DNA of 32,000 bases from an uncultured Clostridia bacterium (GCA_934647235.1 CAKUFG010000003.1:80578-112577); one strand, 5' to 3'. Positions 1-7,708 are shown, counted from the stretch's first letter. Numbers and translations are program-made. Notes: a model not told the origin generated them from the sequence alone.

Positions 1-1
1 A

Positions 2-559
2 AAGCTAAAAAGCTACGCCGGGCAATCGCTGTATCAGGACTGTCTGGCGCTGCTGCCGCAGGATGTGCAGACGCTCTTTTTGTGCAGCACAGTGGCGGAG
101 GAGCTGCAAAGCGTCCACGCTGATACTGCGGGTTTTCCCATGGATTTTACGCCGCTGCTGAACCGCCACCCCTATGATCTATCCGGCGGCGAGCAACAGA
201 CGCTGGCGCTGTGCAAGGCGCTGGCCGCGCGCCCGCGGCTTTTGCTGCTGGACGAGCCAACCAAGGGGCTGGACGCCTGCGCGCGGGAGCGCATGACCGC
301 CCTGCTGCAAGCCTTGCGCGCGCAGGGGCTGACTGTGCTGTGCGTAACGCATGATGTGGCCTTCGCCGCCGCGTGCGCCGATCGCTGCGCGCTGTTTTTC
401 CGGGGCGAGGCAGTATCCTGCGGAGAGCCGCATGCCTTCTTTGCGGGCAACCATTACTACACCACGGCGGCCAACCGCATGGCGCGCGGCGTGTGCGATA
501 CAGCGATCTGCACCGAGGAGGTCGCCGCGCTCCGCCGGCCTCCGGAGGCGCAACCATGA
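2..559 (+). CDS. ABC transporter ATP-binding protein, C-terminal part (ECF/CbiO-type); 5' end lies outside the window
   Basis: Frame 2 is open from the window edge to TGA at 557-559. It carries the ABC signature LSGGEQQ, Walker B LLLLDEP and H-loop VTHD. The stop overlaps the next start (ATGA at 556-559). Confidence 0.85.
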   Translation, partial: KLKSYAGQSLYQDCLALLPQDVQTLFLCSTVAEELQSVHADTAGFPMDFTPLLNRHPYDLSGGEQQTLALCKALAARPRLLLLDEPTKGLDACARERMTALLQALRAQGLTVLCVTHDVAFAAACADRCALFFRGEAVSCGEPHAFFAGNHYYTTAANRMARGVCDTAICTEEVAALRRPPEAQP

Positions 560-1239
560 TCGTCATCCGCAGCGCCCGCGCACGGCGCATGCTTCGCTGG
601 CTGATTCCATTTTTCATCATCCCCGCCCTGATTGCAGCGGACGTGTTTCTGCTGCACGAAAAGCGTTATGCCCTCATCGCGCTGCTGATTGTACTCTGCG
701 CGCTGATCCTGTTTGCCACGGGCTTTGAGCGCAAACGCACAGGGCGGCGGCGGATGGTACTGGTTTCGGTGCTGACCGCGCTGTCGGTAGCCGGGCGCTT
801 CATCCCGCTGCTCAAGCCGGTGGCGGCCATGACCATCCTGTCCGGCGTTTATCTGGGCGGCGAAGCAGGCTTTTTAGTCGGCGCGCTCAGCGCGGTCATC
901 AGCAATTTTTACTTTGGACAAGGGCCATGGACGCCTTTTCAGATGTTCGCCTGGGGGCTGATTGGCCTGATTGCAGGCTATCTTTCGCGTCCCATGCAAA
1001 AAAGCCGCGGGCTGCTGCTCTACGGCTTGATTGCGGGAATCGCTTATTCATTTATCATGGATATCTGGACGGTGCTGTGGTACAACGGCACGTTCAATGC
1101 GGGACTGTACGGCGCGGCGCTGCTGTCCGCCATCCCCCACACCATCGCGTACATGGTTTCAAACCTGCTGTTTCTGGCGCTGTTTGCCAGGCCCTTTGGC
1201 GAAAAGCTGGGGCGAATCCGGCTGAAATACGATATTTAG
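556..1239 (+). CDS. Polytopic membrane protein resembling an ECF-transporter S (substrate-capture) component; substrate unknown
   Basis: The ATG at 556 overlaps the upstream stop, which implies translational coupling. The ORF-track start at 373 lies inside the ATPase gene and is rejected. There are several hydrophobic helices, e.g. GEAGFLVGALSAVISNFYFGQGPWTPFQMFAWGLIGLIAGY. The gene sits directly after an ECF-type ATPase. Confidence 0.7.
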   Translation: MIVIRSARARRMLRWLIPFFIIPALIAADVFLLHEKRYALIALLIVLCALILFATGFERKRTGRRRMVLVSVLTALSVAGRFIPLLKPVAAMTILSGVYLGGEAGFLVGALSAVISNFYFGQGPWTPFQMFAWGLIGLIAGYLSRPMQKSRGLLLYGLIAGIAYSFIMDIWTVLWYNGTFNAGLYGAALLSAIPHTIAYMVSNLLFLALFARPFGEKLGRIRLKYDI

Positions 1240-1946
1240 CCAAGCTCCGCATCGATGGATGCGGGCTGATCCTCCAGCGTTTCGCGGTGAATGCGCTCCA
1301 TGCGGCTGTCCAGCTGCTGCGCCAGCTCCGCGCAGGCAATCAGCTCCTGCTCCACGCGCTGCGCATCCTGCACGTTCTTTTTATAAAAAATCTTGTGCTC
1401 CAGGCTGGCCCAGCAATCCATGGAGATGGTGCGCAGCTGCACCTCCACCTTCATGAGGCGCTTTTGATTGTGCAGAAAAATGGGAATTTCCACAATCAGG
1501 TGCAGGCTGCGATAGCCATTGGACTTGGGATGCTCGATGTAATCCTTGCGCTCAATCAGCGTGATATCATCCTGGCTGAGCAGGCAATCGGCCAGCATAT
1601 AAATATCGCTGGGGAAGGAGCAGATTACGCGGATGCCCGCGATATCGCGGATATTCTTTTCAATGCTGTCAATGGTCAGCGGCAGCCCTTTGCGCGCCAC
1701 CTTATCCACAATGCTCTCGGGCGATTTCAGGCGGGATTTGATGGTCTCGATGGGATTACGATCATAGGCCAGGGACAGCTCCTCATTGAGGACGTTGAAC
1801 TTGGTTTCCACTTCCATCATGGCGCAGCGATAATAGGCCATCAGCTCCTTATAGGGCATGGCATAGTCGCGCAGCCACTTTTTCAGTTCGCTGTCGTTCA
1901 GGCGCTTGAGCAGCGCCTGGCGCATGGGCAGAATTTCGTTTTTCAT
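1236..1946 (-). CDS. GTP pyrophosphokinase, small alarmone ((p)ppGpp) synthetase of the RelP/RelQ (YwaC/YjbM) type
   Basis: RelA/SpoT synthetase-domain motifs are present: IRDIAGIRVICSF, NGYRSLHLIVEIP and VEVQLRTISMDCWASLEHKIFYK. The 236-aa single-domain size fits the family. ATG at 1944-1946. Confidence 0.9.
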   Translation of the reverse strand: MKNEILPMRQALLKRLNDSELKKWLRDYAMPYKELMAYYRCAMMEVETKFNVLNEELSLAYDRNPIETIKSRLKSPESIVDKVARKGLPLTIDSIEKNIRDIAGIRVICSFPSDIYMLADCLLSQDDITLIERKDYIEHPKSNGYRSLHLIVEIPIFLHNQKRLMKVEVQLRTISMDCWASLEHKIFYKKNVQDAQRVEQELIACAELAQQLDSRMERIHRETLEDQPASIDAELG

Positions 1947-1976
1947 GGGATGCTCCGTTTCCGTATTTCTCCCCTA

Positions 1977-2005
1977 CATTATACCGAATTTTGGTCTGAA
2001 GGGCA
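1977..2005 (-). promoter_or_regulatory. Sigma-A-type promoter for the alarmone synthetase gene
   Basis: Minus strand reads TTGCCC (2005-2000), a 17-nt spacer, then TATAAT (1982-1977). It lies about 30 nt upstream of the ATG. Confidence 0.55.
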
Positions 2006-2054
2006 ACCGGGCGCAGCCAGACATCTGCGCGCGTATGCACAAAAGCGCGGCTTT

Positions 2055-2083
2055 GCGCCAAGATTGCCCAAATAGCGAAAATA
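2055..2083 (+). promoter_or_regulatory. Distal promoter (P1) facing the TetR gene, with extended -10
   Basis: TTGCCC (2055-2060), a 17-nt spacer, then TATAAT (2078-2083) preceded by TGG. It belongs to the 12-nt block ATGGTATAATGA (2074-2085). Confidence 0.5.
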
Positions 2084-2134
2084 TGGTATAATGATTAGGC
2101 AAGCTGAAGGCTTGGCCGGGTCGGCGGGCAGCGT

Positions 2135-2163
2135 ATGCGGCACGCCGACAATCATGGTATAAT
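2135..2163 (+). promoter_or_regulatory. Proximal promoter (P2) for the TetR gene, extended -10 with a poor -35
   Basis: A second identical ATGGTATAATGA block lies at 2154-2165 (TATAAT at 2158-2163 with upstream TGG). The -35 position reads only ATGCGG. It lies 41 nt upstream of the ATG at 2204. Confidence 0.45.
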
Positions 2164-2203
2164 GAGATAAAACAAGGTATTTTTGACAGGCAGGAGGTTG
2201 AGC

Positions 2204-2761
2204 ATGGCTTCTTTTACCAGGAAAGCGATTATGGATTCCTTTATGAAGCTGGTAGATCAGCGCCCGATCAGCAAAATCACCATCAAGGATATCGTGGAGG
2301 ATTGCGGGGTAAACCGCAACACGTTTTACTATCATTTCGCGGATATTCCTGCGCTGATTGAAGCCATCGTGCGCGACCAGGCGGAGGAGCTGATCCGCAA
2401 TCACAGCACCATCGCAACCATAGAGGAGGCGCTGAACGTGGCGGTGGATTCCATCCTGCAGCATCGCCGTGCCGCGCTCCATATTTTCAATTCGGTCAGC
2501 CGCGATGTGTATGAGCGATACCTGATGCAGATCTGCCAGGATGCGGTGGAAAAATGCTTTGACGCCATCATCGGCGAGCGCCGTGTAAGCCCGCAGGATC
2601 GCGAAATTCTGATTCTCTCCTATCGCGCCTGGTGCTTCGGCCTGGTAATCGACTGGCTGGATCATGGCCTGAAGGACGATATCCGCCCCACCCTCACCCG
2701 CATGTGCGAGCTGCACAAGGGCATGATTGAGGAAATGGCAAGCCGGTGCGTTGTGGAATAA
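2204..2761 (+). CDS. TetR/AcrR-family transcriptional regulator (DhaS-like subgroup)
   Basis: N-terminal HTH: ISKITIKDIVEDCGVNRNTFYYHFADIPALIEAIV. The start was moved to the ATG at 2204, which follows AGGAGG (2193-2198). The track start at 2183 has no RBS. Confidence 0.88.
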   Translation: MASFTRKAIMDSFMKLVDQRPISKITIKDIVEDCGVNRNTFYYHFADIPALIEAIVRDQAEELIRNHSTIATIEEALNVAVDSILQHRRAALHIFNSVSRDVYERYLMQICQDAVEKCFDAIIGERRVSPQDREILILSYRAWCFGLVIDWLDHGLKDDIRPTLTRMCELHKGMIEEMASRCVVE

Positions 2762-2789
2762 CAGACAGCAGTATATAAACAAGCAGCAT

Positions 2790-2818
2790 AAAAGAGGAGG
2801 CCGCCGGCCTCCTCTTTT
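2790..2818. terminator. Bidirectional rho-independent terminator between the convergent TetR and ABC-ATPase genes
   Basis: Perfect stem AAGAGGAGGCC (2792-2802) / GGCCTCCTCTT (2806-2816) with a 3-nt loop. It has an A-run on the 5' side and a T-run on the 3' side. Confidence 0.85.
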
Positions 2819-2835
2819 TGCTTGCAATCTATTAT

Positions 2836-3912
2836 TTAGGTCAAAATCTTGCGGAAATCCTCGCCGGGCTTCTGCGGATACACCAGGAAGCTGCGAACAT
2901 CCAGCTCCACCTGCTTGCCGTTTTCCACGCCCATGCTCTCATAGGGATCGGCAATGATGCGCAGCTCCTGCCCGCCGCCCAGATCGACGCGGCAGTCGTC
3001 CACATCGCCCAGGTAGAAGTGGCTCTTGACCACGCCGCGCAGCATGCCCTTGCCCGCCTCGGCATACTTGATGTTCTCGGGGCGCACGCCCACGATCACC
3101 TTGCCGCGCAGGTCGCCCTTATAGGGCAGCTTCTGGTCGCAGCCATCCAGCGCGATCACACCCTCGGAGGCGACGCCCTCCACAAAGTCAATCTTGCCCA
3201 CAAAGTCGGCGATGAAGGGATTGGCCGGCTCGCTGTAGATGGTGCGCGGGGAGCCTACCTGCTGAATCACACCGCGATTGATAACCACAATGCGGTCGCT
3301 CATGGCCATGGCCTCGGTCTGATCGTGGGTCACATAGACAACCGTGATGCCATACTGGCGCTGAATCTCCTTGATTTCAAAGCGCATGCTCTCGCGCAGC
3401 TTGGCGTCCAGGTTGGACAGCGGCTCATCCAGCAGCAGCAGGGCGGGCTCAGCCACCAGGGCGCGCGCCAGGGCGACGCGCTGCTGCTGACCGCCGGACA
3501 GCTGGCTGGGGATGCGGTCGCGGTACTGGGTCAGGTGCACAACCTCCAGCACGCGGTCAACCTTCTTCTTGATGGTCGCCTTATCCACCTTTTTGATCTG
3601 CAGCGGATAGGCCACGTTATCAAAAACGGTCATGTGCGGCCACACGGCGTAGCTCTGGAACACCATGCCGATATCGCGCTTTTCAGGGGGAATGAACACC
3701 TTTTCCGAGGATACCACGCGGTCGTCAAACAGCACTGCGCCCGAGGTGGGCTTTTCAAAGCCCGCGATGATGCGCAGCATGGTGGTTTTGCCGCAGCCGG
3801 AGGGACCCAGCAGGGTGATAAACTCGCGATCGGCAAAAACGGCGTCAAAATTATCCAGAACCACCGCGCTGCCAAAGCTCTTGGTTACATTTTTAATGGT
3901 TACGCTGGACAT
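2836..3912 (-). CDS. ABC importer ATP-binding protein, FbpC/PotA/MalK type with a C-terminal regulatory (TOBE-like) domain
   Basis: Walker A GPSGCGKTT, signature LSGGQQQRVALARAL, Walker B LLLLDEPLSNLD and H-loop VTHD. The start is set at the ATG at 3912 (MSSVTIKNV), 9 nt after AAGGAG. The track start at 3921 is a TTG inside the RBS spacer. Confidence 0.92.
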   Translation of the reverse strand: MSSVTIKNVTKSFGSAVVLDNFDAVFADREFITLLGPSGCGKTTMLRIIAGFEKPTSGAVLFDDRVVSSEKVFIPPEKRDIGMVFQSYAVWPHMTVFDNVAYPLQIKKVDKATIKKKVDRVLEVVHLTQYRDRIPSQLSGGQQQRVALARALVAEPALLLLDEPLSNLDAKLRESMRFEIKEIQRQYGITVVYVTHDQTEAMAMSDRIVVINRGVIQQVGSPRTIYSEPANPFIADFVGKIDFVEGVASEGVIALDGCDQKLPYKGDLRGKVIVGVRPENIKYAEAGKGMLRGVVKSHFYLGDVDDCRVDLGGGQELRIIADPYESMGVENGKQVELDVRSFLVYPQKPGEDFRKILT

Positions 3913-3948
3913 ACTTGCCAACTCCTTTTTGTAATATGGAAATGCTTA

Positions 3949-6447
3949 TCAGATGGAGAACTCGCCCTTGGTCAGACGGTTGAGCAGGAAGTTGAGCACC
4001 ACTACGATCATCAGGATGCCAAACGCCATGGCGCAGCTTTGCGGCTGGCTGGTGAAGGTCCAGTATTCATACAGCTGGAAGCCGATGGTCTTGGTGGTGT
4101 TGGAATACAGCAGGGTGGTCATGCTCAGCTCGTAGAAGCTGGGGATGAAGATCAGGAACCAGCCCGCAGCGATAGAGGGGAAAATCAACGGACCGGTGAT
4201 CCTGAACATTGTGCGCGTCCAGCTTGCGCCGGAAATCTGGCTGCATTCCTCCAGCGAAACGTGGATCTGGCTCATGGCGCTTACCACCGTGCGCATGCCC
4301 ATCATCAGGTACTTGATCAGATAAGCAATAATGATGATGTAGGCCGTGTTGTAGATGTCTACACCGAAGGTGCCCTTCATGGTCATGATCAGGCCCAGGG
4401 CGATTACCACGGACGGCGTACCGGAGCCCAGCGTAATCAGGAAGTCCGGAATCTTGCGGCCACGAATGCGGGTGCGCTGCAGCAGATAGGACATCGTGCA
4501 GGCCACCACAATGCCGATGGTCGCAGTAATCACGCCAAAAATCAGGCTGTTTTTCAGGCAGTTCATCGTCTCCGTGCGGGAGAAGATGGTCTTCCACTGG
4601 CTGAAGGTGAAGTTTTCAGCATCAAAGAGCGACTTGCCCACGTCGATCTTGAACGAGGTGGTCAGGATCGTGGCGAAGGGAATCAGCACCACGATGACGG
4701 CGAACAGGCTGACCAGGATGGTCAGCGGCCAGCGCCACTTGCCCAGATCCACAATGTTGGGGCGGGTAGACTTGCCCGACACCGTGATGTACTGCTTGCG
4801 CGCCACCACAAAGTCGGACAGGTACAGGATGATGATGGCCAGCGCCATCAGGAATACCGCCAGTCCCGTCGCATCGCTGATGCCCTGCGCGCCCAGGCCG
4901 TTATACTCGATAATACGGGTGGTAACGGTGTGCACCTTGCCCGGCGCACCGATAATGGACGGAATGCCGTAGCAGCTCATCGCAGCCACGAACACCAGCA
5001 GCGCGCCGGCGATCAAGCTGGGGGTCATCATGGGGATGGTAATGCGGAACACCGTGCCCAGGGGCGACGCGCCGGAGATGCGGCTGGCCTCCTCCAGAGA
5101 GGGATCCATCTTTTCCATCGCGCGGGAAATGGTGATAAACGCATAGGGATAGTAGAACGTCGTCAGCACCCAGATCAGGCCGCCCAGGGTGTAGATGTTC
5201 AGCGGGCCGGGGGTATCGCCCAGGTTGAAGATCAGGCGGAAGAACTGGTTCAGCGTGCCCACATTGGGGTTGAGCAGGCGCAGCCACGCCATGGCGCCCA
5301 CATAAGGCGGCACCATGTAGGTGAGCACAAACAGCGAGCGGAAGAACTTTTTGGCGTACAGGTTGGTGCGGCCCACCAGCCAGGCCAGCGGGAACGCCAG
5401 CAGCGTGCCCAGGATCATCGTGGCCGTGGCAGCAATCAGCGTGTTCTTGAGCGCGCCCAGGTTCATGGAATAGGTATACAGACGCTCAAACACCTGGAAG
5501 GTGAAGGAGCCGTCCGGGAAGAACGCCTTGATAATCAGATACACCATGGGCAGCACCTGGAACACCAGCATGAAGTCCACGATGGCAAAGATAATCACCC
5601 ACTTGAAATCCAGATGCCAGCTGTGATCCTTGTACAGCATCAGGAACAGCAGCGCTATGTCCAGCGCCAGCAGGACACCCAGCAGGATCGCCGTGCGGCT
5701 ATAGGTAACCATCATCTGCGTCAGCAGGGATACGCTGCCTTCTACCGTCATCTGATAGGCCAGGATACGGTTTTCGGCCGTACGCACCGCCTTTTTCAGG
5801 CCGTTTACATCGGCCGTGGGCAGGGGCGCGCCATCTTCATTGACGCTGACCAGGAACAGCTGCATCATCGCAGCCGCGCGTTCCAGGCCCGTCTTTTCGG
5901 CGGCCTTGGCCGCTACCTCGGGCAGATTGGCCGCTTCATCCAGCGCGGCATGCAGCAGCGCCTCACGGTTGGCGGCGCGCTCGGCGTCGCTCCAGGGCGC
6001 CATCTGCTTCTTTTCGGCAGAGGAAACCTTGGGGCCGTTGAGCGAATAGGTGATGGAGAGCAGTTCCAGCGTCTTGCGCTGCAGCTTATCCCCCGAAAGG
6101 CCGGCAAGCATCGCGTCCACGCGGGCGGACTGATCGGCCTTGGCGGCGCTGCTCCAGTTATCCTTGAGCAGCTCAATCGTGCGGGCGGTCAGGGTATCCT
6201 GCTCCGCCTGGGTCAGTTTTGCGGTAAGAGGCTGAATGGATTTTTCATACAGGCTGTCCACCTTGCCGGACAGCTCATGAATATAATGGTAAGCGTTTTC
6301 CTGGTCGAAGCCGGATTTCTGATATTCCCGGCTGCCCCACAATCCGCCTGCAATCAGCGCCGCGCCAAGCAAAAACAAAATCAGCAGCGCAACCTTGCAG
6401 CGCGTTTCGGCAGGGTCTTTGCGTTGTCTTTGAAGCTGTGTCTGCAT
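3949..6447 (-). CDS. Fused two-domain ABC importer permease (FbpB/ThiP-like) with a roughly 280-aa N-terminal extension
   Basis: Two EAA-loop motifs are present: EEASRISGASPLGTVFRITIPMM and EECSQISGASWTRTMFRITGPLI. There are many TM helices. ATG at 6445-6447 lies 8 nt after GAAGGAG. Residues 1-280 are additional (TM, helical ectodomain, TM). Confidence 0.9.
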   Translation of the reverse strand: MQTQLQRQRKDPAETRCKVALLILFLLGAALIAGGLWGSREYQKSGFDQENAYHYIHELSGKVDSLYEKSIQPLTAKLTQAEQDTLTARTIELLKDNWSSAAKADQSARVDAMLAGLSGDKLQRKTLELLSITYSLNGPKVSSAEKKQMAPWSDAERAANREALLHAALDEAANLPEVAAKAAEKTGLERAAAMMQLFLVSVNEDGAPLPTADVNGLKKAVRTAENRILAYQMTVEGSVSLLTQMMVTYSRTAILLGVLLALDIALLFLMLYKDHSWHLDFKWVIIFAIVDFMLVFQVLPMVYLIIKAFFPDGSFTFQVFERLYTYSMNLGALKNTLIAATATMILGTLLAFPLAWLVGRTNLYAKKFFRSLFVLTYMVPPYVGAMAWLRLLNPNVGTLNQFFRLIFNLGDTPGPLNIYTLGGLIWVLTTFYYPYAFITISRAMEKMDPSLEEASRISGASPLGTVFRITIPMMTPSLIAGALLVFVAAMSCYGIPSIIGAPGKVHTVTTRIIEYNGLGAQGISDATGLAVFLMALAIIILYLSDFVVARKQYITVSGKSTRPNIVDLGKWRWPLTILVSLFAVIVVLIPFATILTTSFKIDVGKSLFDAENFTFSQWKTIFSRTETMNCLKNSLIFGVITATIGIVVACTMSYLLQRTRIRGRKIPDFLITLGSGTPSVVIALGLIMTMKGTFGVDIYNTAYIIIIAYLIKYLMMGMRTVVSAMSQIHVSLEECSQISGASWTRTMFRITGPLIFPSIAAGWFLIFIPSFYELSMTTLLYSNTTKTIGFQLYEYWTFTSQPQSCAMAFGILMIVVVLNFLLNRLTKGEFSI

Positions 6448-6494
6448 TTACAGCACTCCTTCACCCTGTTTTCGTTCGTTATTTCTGAAAATTT

Positions 6495-6525
6495 GGGGGA
6501 AGTCGCCGCACGGACAACTTCCCCC
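6495..6525 (-). promoter_or_regulatory. Intercistronic GC-rich stem-loop between the binding-protein and permease genes
   Basis: GGGGGAAGT (6495-6503) pairs with ACTTCCCCC (6517-6525) around a 13-nt loop. On the mRNA strand it is followed by AAATTTTCAG, which is not a clean U-tract. Confidence 0.55.
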
Positions 6526-6569
6526 ATTTGGCATGTTGCGATCAGATTATGATCAGATTGCTTTCTGGA

Positions 6570-7610
6570 TTACTTCTTGATGGTTACGGCTTCCTGGAAC
6601 TTGGTGCGGATTTCCTCACGCTGCTTGTAGCAACGCTCCCAGTCAACGCCCATGTCCTTCTCGATCAGGCCGTCGGTATCCACGGAGTCAAAGGGAACCT
6701 CGGTGAAGCCCTTCAGCACGGAGTGCATGTAGCCGGCCACCATGAACTTCTGGCCTTCTTCGCTCAGCAGGAAATCAGTGATGGCTTCGCAGGCTTCGAT
6801 GTTCAGGTTCTTGCTCTTTTCTTCGGCAACGGTCATCACGGTGGAGGGGATCAGGATCACGCCGTCTTCGGGATAGATGCAGCTGATCTTGGAGCCGTTG
6901 TCCTTGCGCTCCTTCAGCACGGACTCTTCCAGAATCATGATCACGTCGCACTCGCCGGTCTGCAGCTTGGCCAGGGCGGTGGAGCCGGACTCGATCATCA
7001 CGTCGTTCTGGCCCAGAGCGGTGAAGTACTCGTAGCCATACTTATCGGACAGGGAAGCGACGGCGGCCATGGTGGTGCCGGAGCTGAGGGGGTTGCCCAT
7101 GGAGATGCGGCCCTTCAGGCTGGTATCCTCGGCGAATTCCTTGAAGGTCTTGGGCAGCTGATCGGGGGTCTTCAGCTCGGGATTGTAGGCCAGCACCATG
7201 TTGCAGACGCGGACAGGATACCAATAGCCTTCCTTGTCGTAGTCGAAGCGCAGGTTCTGGGCGGCTTCGGTTTCATAGGCGTGCAGCCAGCCGCCTTCCT
7301 TCAGCTCCAGGCTGTAGGCGGGCTCGGCAACCAGCATCATGTCGCAGCCCAGGGTACCGGTTTCCATTTCGCCGGCCAGCTTGGTCTGCAGGGAGCCGGT
7401 GCCGCCGTAGAAGAAGAAGGAGCCGTTGTTGCCGGGGGTCAGGTTGGGGAATTCAGCCTTGAGGGCTTCGTCCATCATATCGATAACAAACGGATACATG
7501 GAGGTGTAGATGACCACTTCGCCGGTCACGTCCTCGTTGACGGCCAGCGCGGCGGGCGCCAGGCACAGCAGGGTAGCGATGCACAGAGCGATGGCAAGGA
7601 TTTTCTTCAT
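6570..7610 (-). CDS. Extracellular solute-binding protein of the FbpA/PotD/TbpA-like family (iron(III)-, thiamine- or polyamine-type; substrate not determinable from sequence)
   Basis: Signal peptide MKKILAIALCIATLLCLAPAALA. The mature part (VVIYTSMYPF...GTGSLQTKL...VRVCNMVLAYNPELK) is typical of this periplasmic-binding-protein class. It is the first gene of the SBP-permease-ATPase operon. ATG at 7608-7610 follows AAGGAGG. Confidence 0.85.
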   Translation of the reverse strand: MKKILAIALCIATLLCLAPAALAVNEDVTGEVVIYTSMYPFVIDMMDEALKAEFPNLTPGNNGSFFFYGGTGSLQTKLAGEMETGTLGCDMMLVAEPAYSLELKEGGWLHAYETEAAQNLRFDYDKEGYWYPVRVCNMVLAYNPELKTPDQLPKTFKEFAEDTSLKGRISMGNPLSSGTTMAAVASLSDKYGYEYFTALGQNDVMIESGSTALAKLQTGECDVIMILEESVLKERKDNGSKISCIYPEDGVILIPSTVMTVAEEKSKNLNIEACEAITDFLLSEEGQKFMVAGYMHSVLKGFTEVPFDSVDTDGLIEKDMGVDWERCYKQREEIRTKFQEAVTIKK

Positions 7611-7708
7611 AGATGGGGCCTCCTTAAAATAAGTGATATTTTTTACGCTGGCATACCAGCATAAGATTCCAAAGGTATTCCACGTTTCGCATTTTCTTTC
7701 CGGAAGAT

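Noticed and set aside
373-555. 5' extension of the membrane-protein ORF (track start at 373)
   Set aside because: This stretch lies entirely inside the ABC ATPase coding frame and translates to an R/P/A-rich non-membrane sequence. The ATG at 556 overlaps the ATPase stop (ATGA) and begins the hydrophobic protein.
1236-1946. The small alarmone synthetase as a possible toxSAS toxin of a toxin-antitoxin pair
   Set aside because: The sequence follows the housekeeping RelP/RelQ pattern closely. No small overlapping or adjacent antitoxin ORF exists. The downstream side interlocks with a transporter gene, and the upstream side is a promoter region facing a TetR gene.
2818-6552. 1244-aa ORF on the + strand spanning the ABC ATPase and permease region
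   Set aside because: It runs antisense to two genes with unambiguous ABC motifs. Its translation is low-complexity (A/G/L/H/Q/R/D-rich) with no recognisable domain, no RBS and no sensible start context. Long stop-free antisense frames are expected in GC-rich DNA.
6540-6559. Direct repeat GATCAGATT-AT-GATCAGATT (11-bp period) between the SBP stop and the intercistronic hairpin
   Set aside because: It is only 9 bp and occurs once. It lies in a 3' UTR or intercistronic spacer, and nothing else in the window supports a function. It is most likely a small slippage duplication.
7646-7660. Leader of the Fbp/Thi-like operon contains CUGGUAUGCCAGCGUA (minus strand), reminiscent of the CUGGAUAAUGCCAGCGUA P4/P5 segment of TPP riboswitches. 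That would fit a ThiB/ThiP-like transporter.
   Set aside because: The 5' half of the THI element is absent from the leader of about 95 nt: no CUGAGA, and no GGGG...ACCC pairing. The ATPase is FbpC/PotA-like with a C-terminal domain, unlike the short ThiQ. A cmsearch with the TPP model (RF00059) over 7611-7740 (minus strand) would settle it, and I expect no significant hit.
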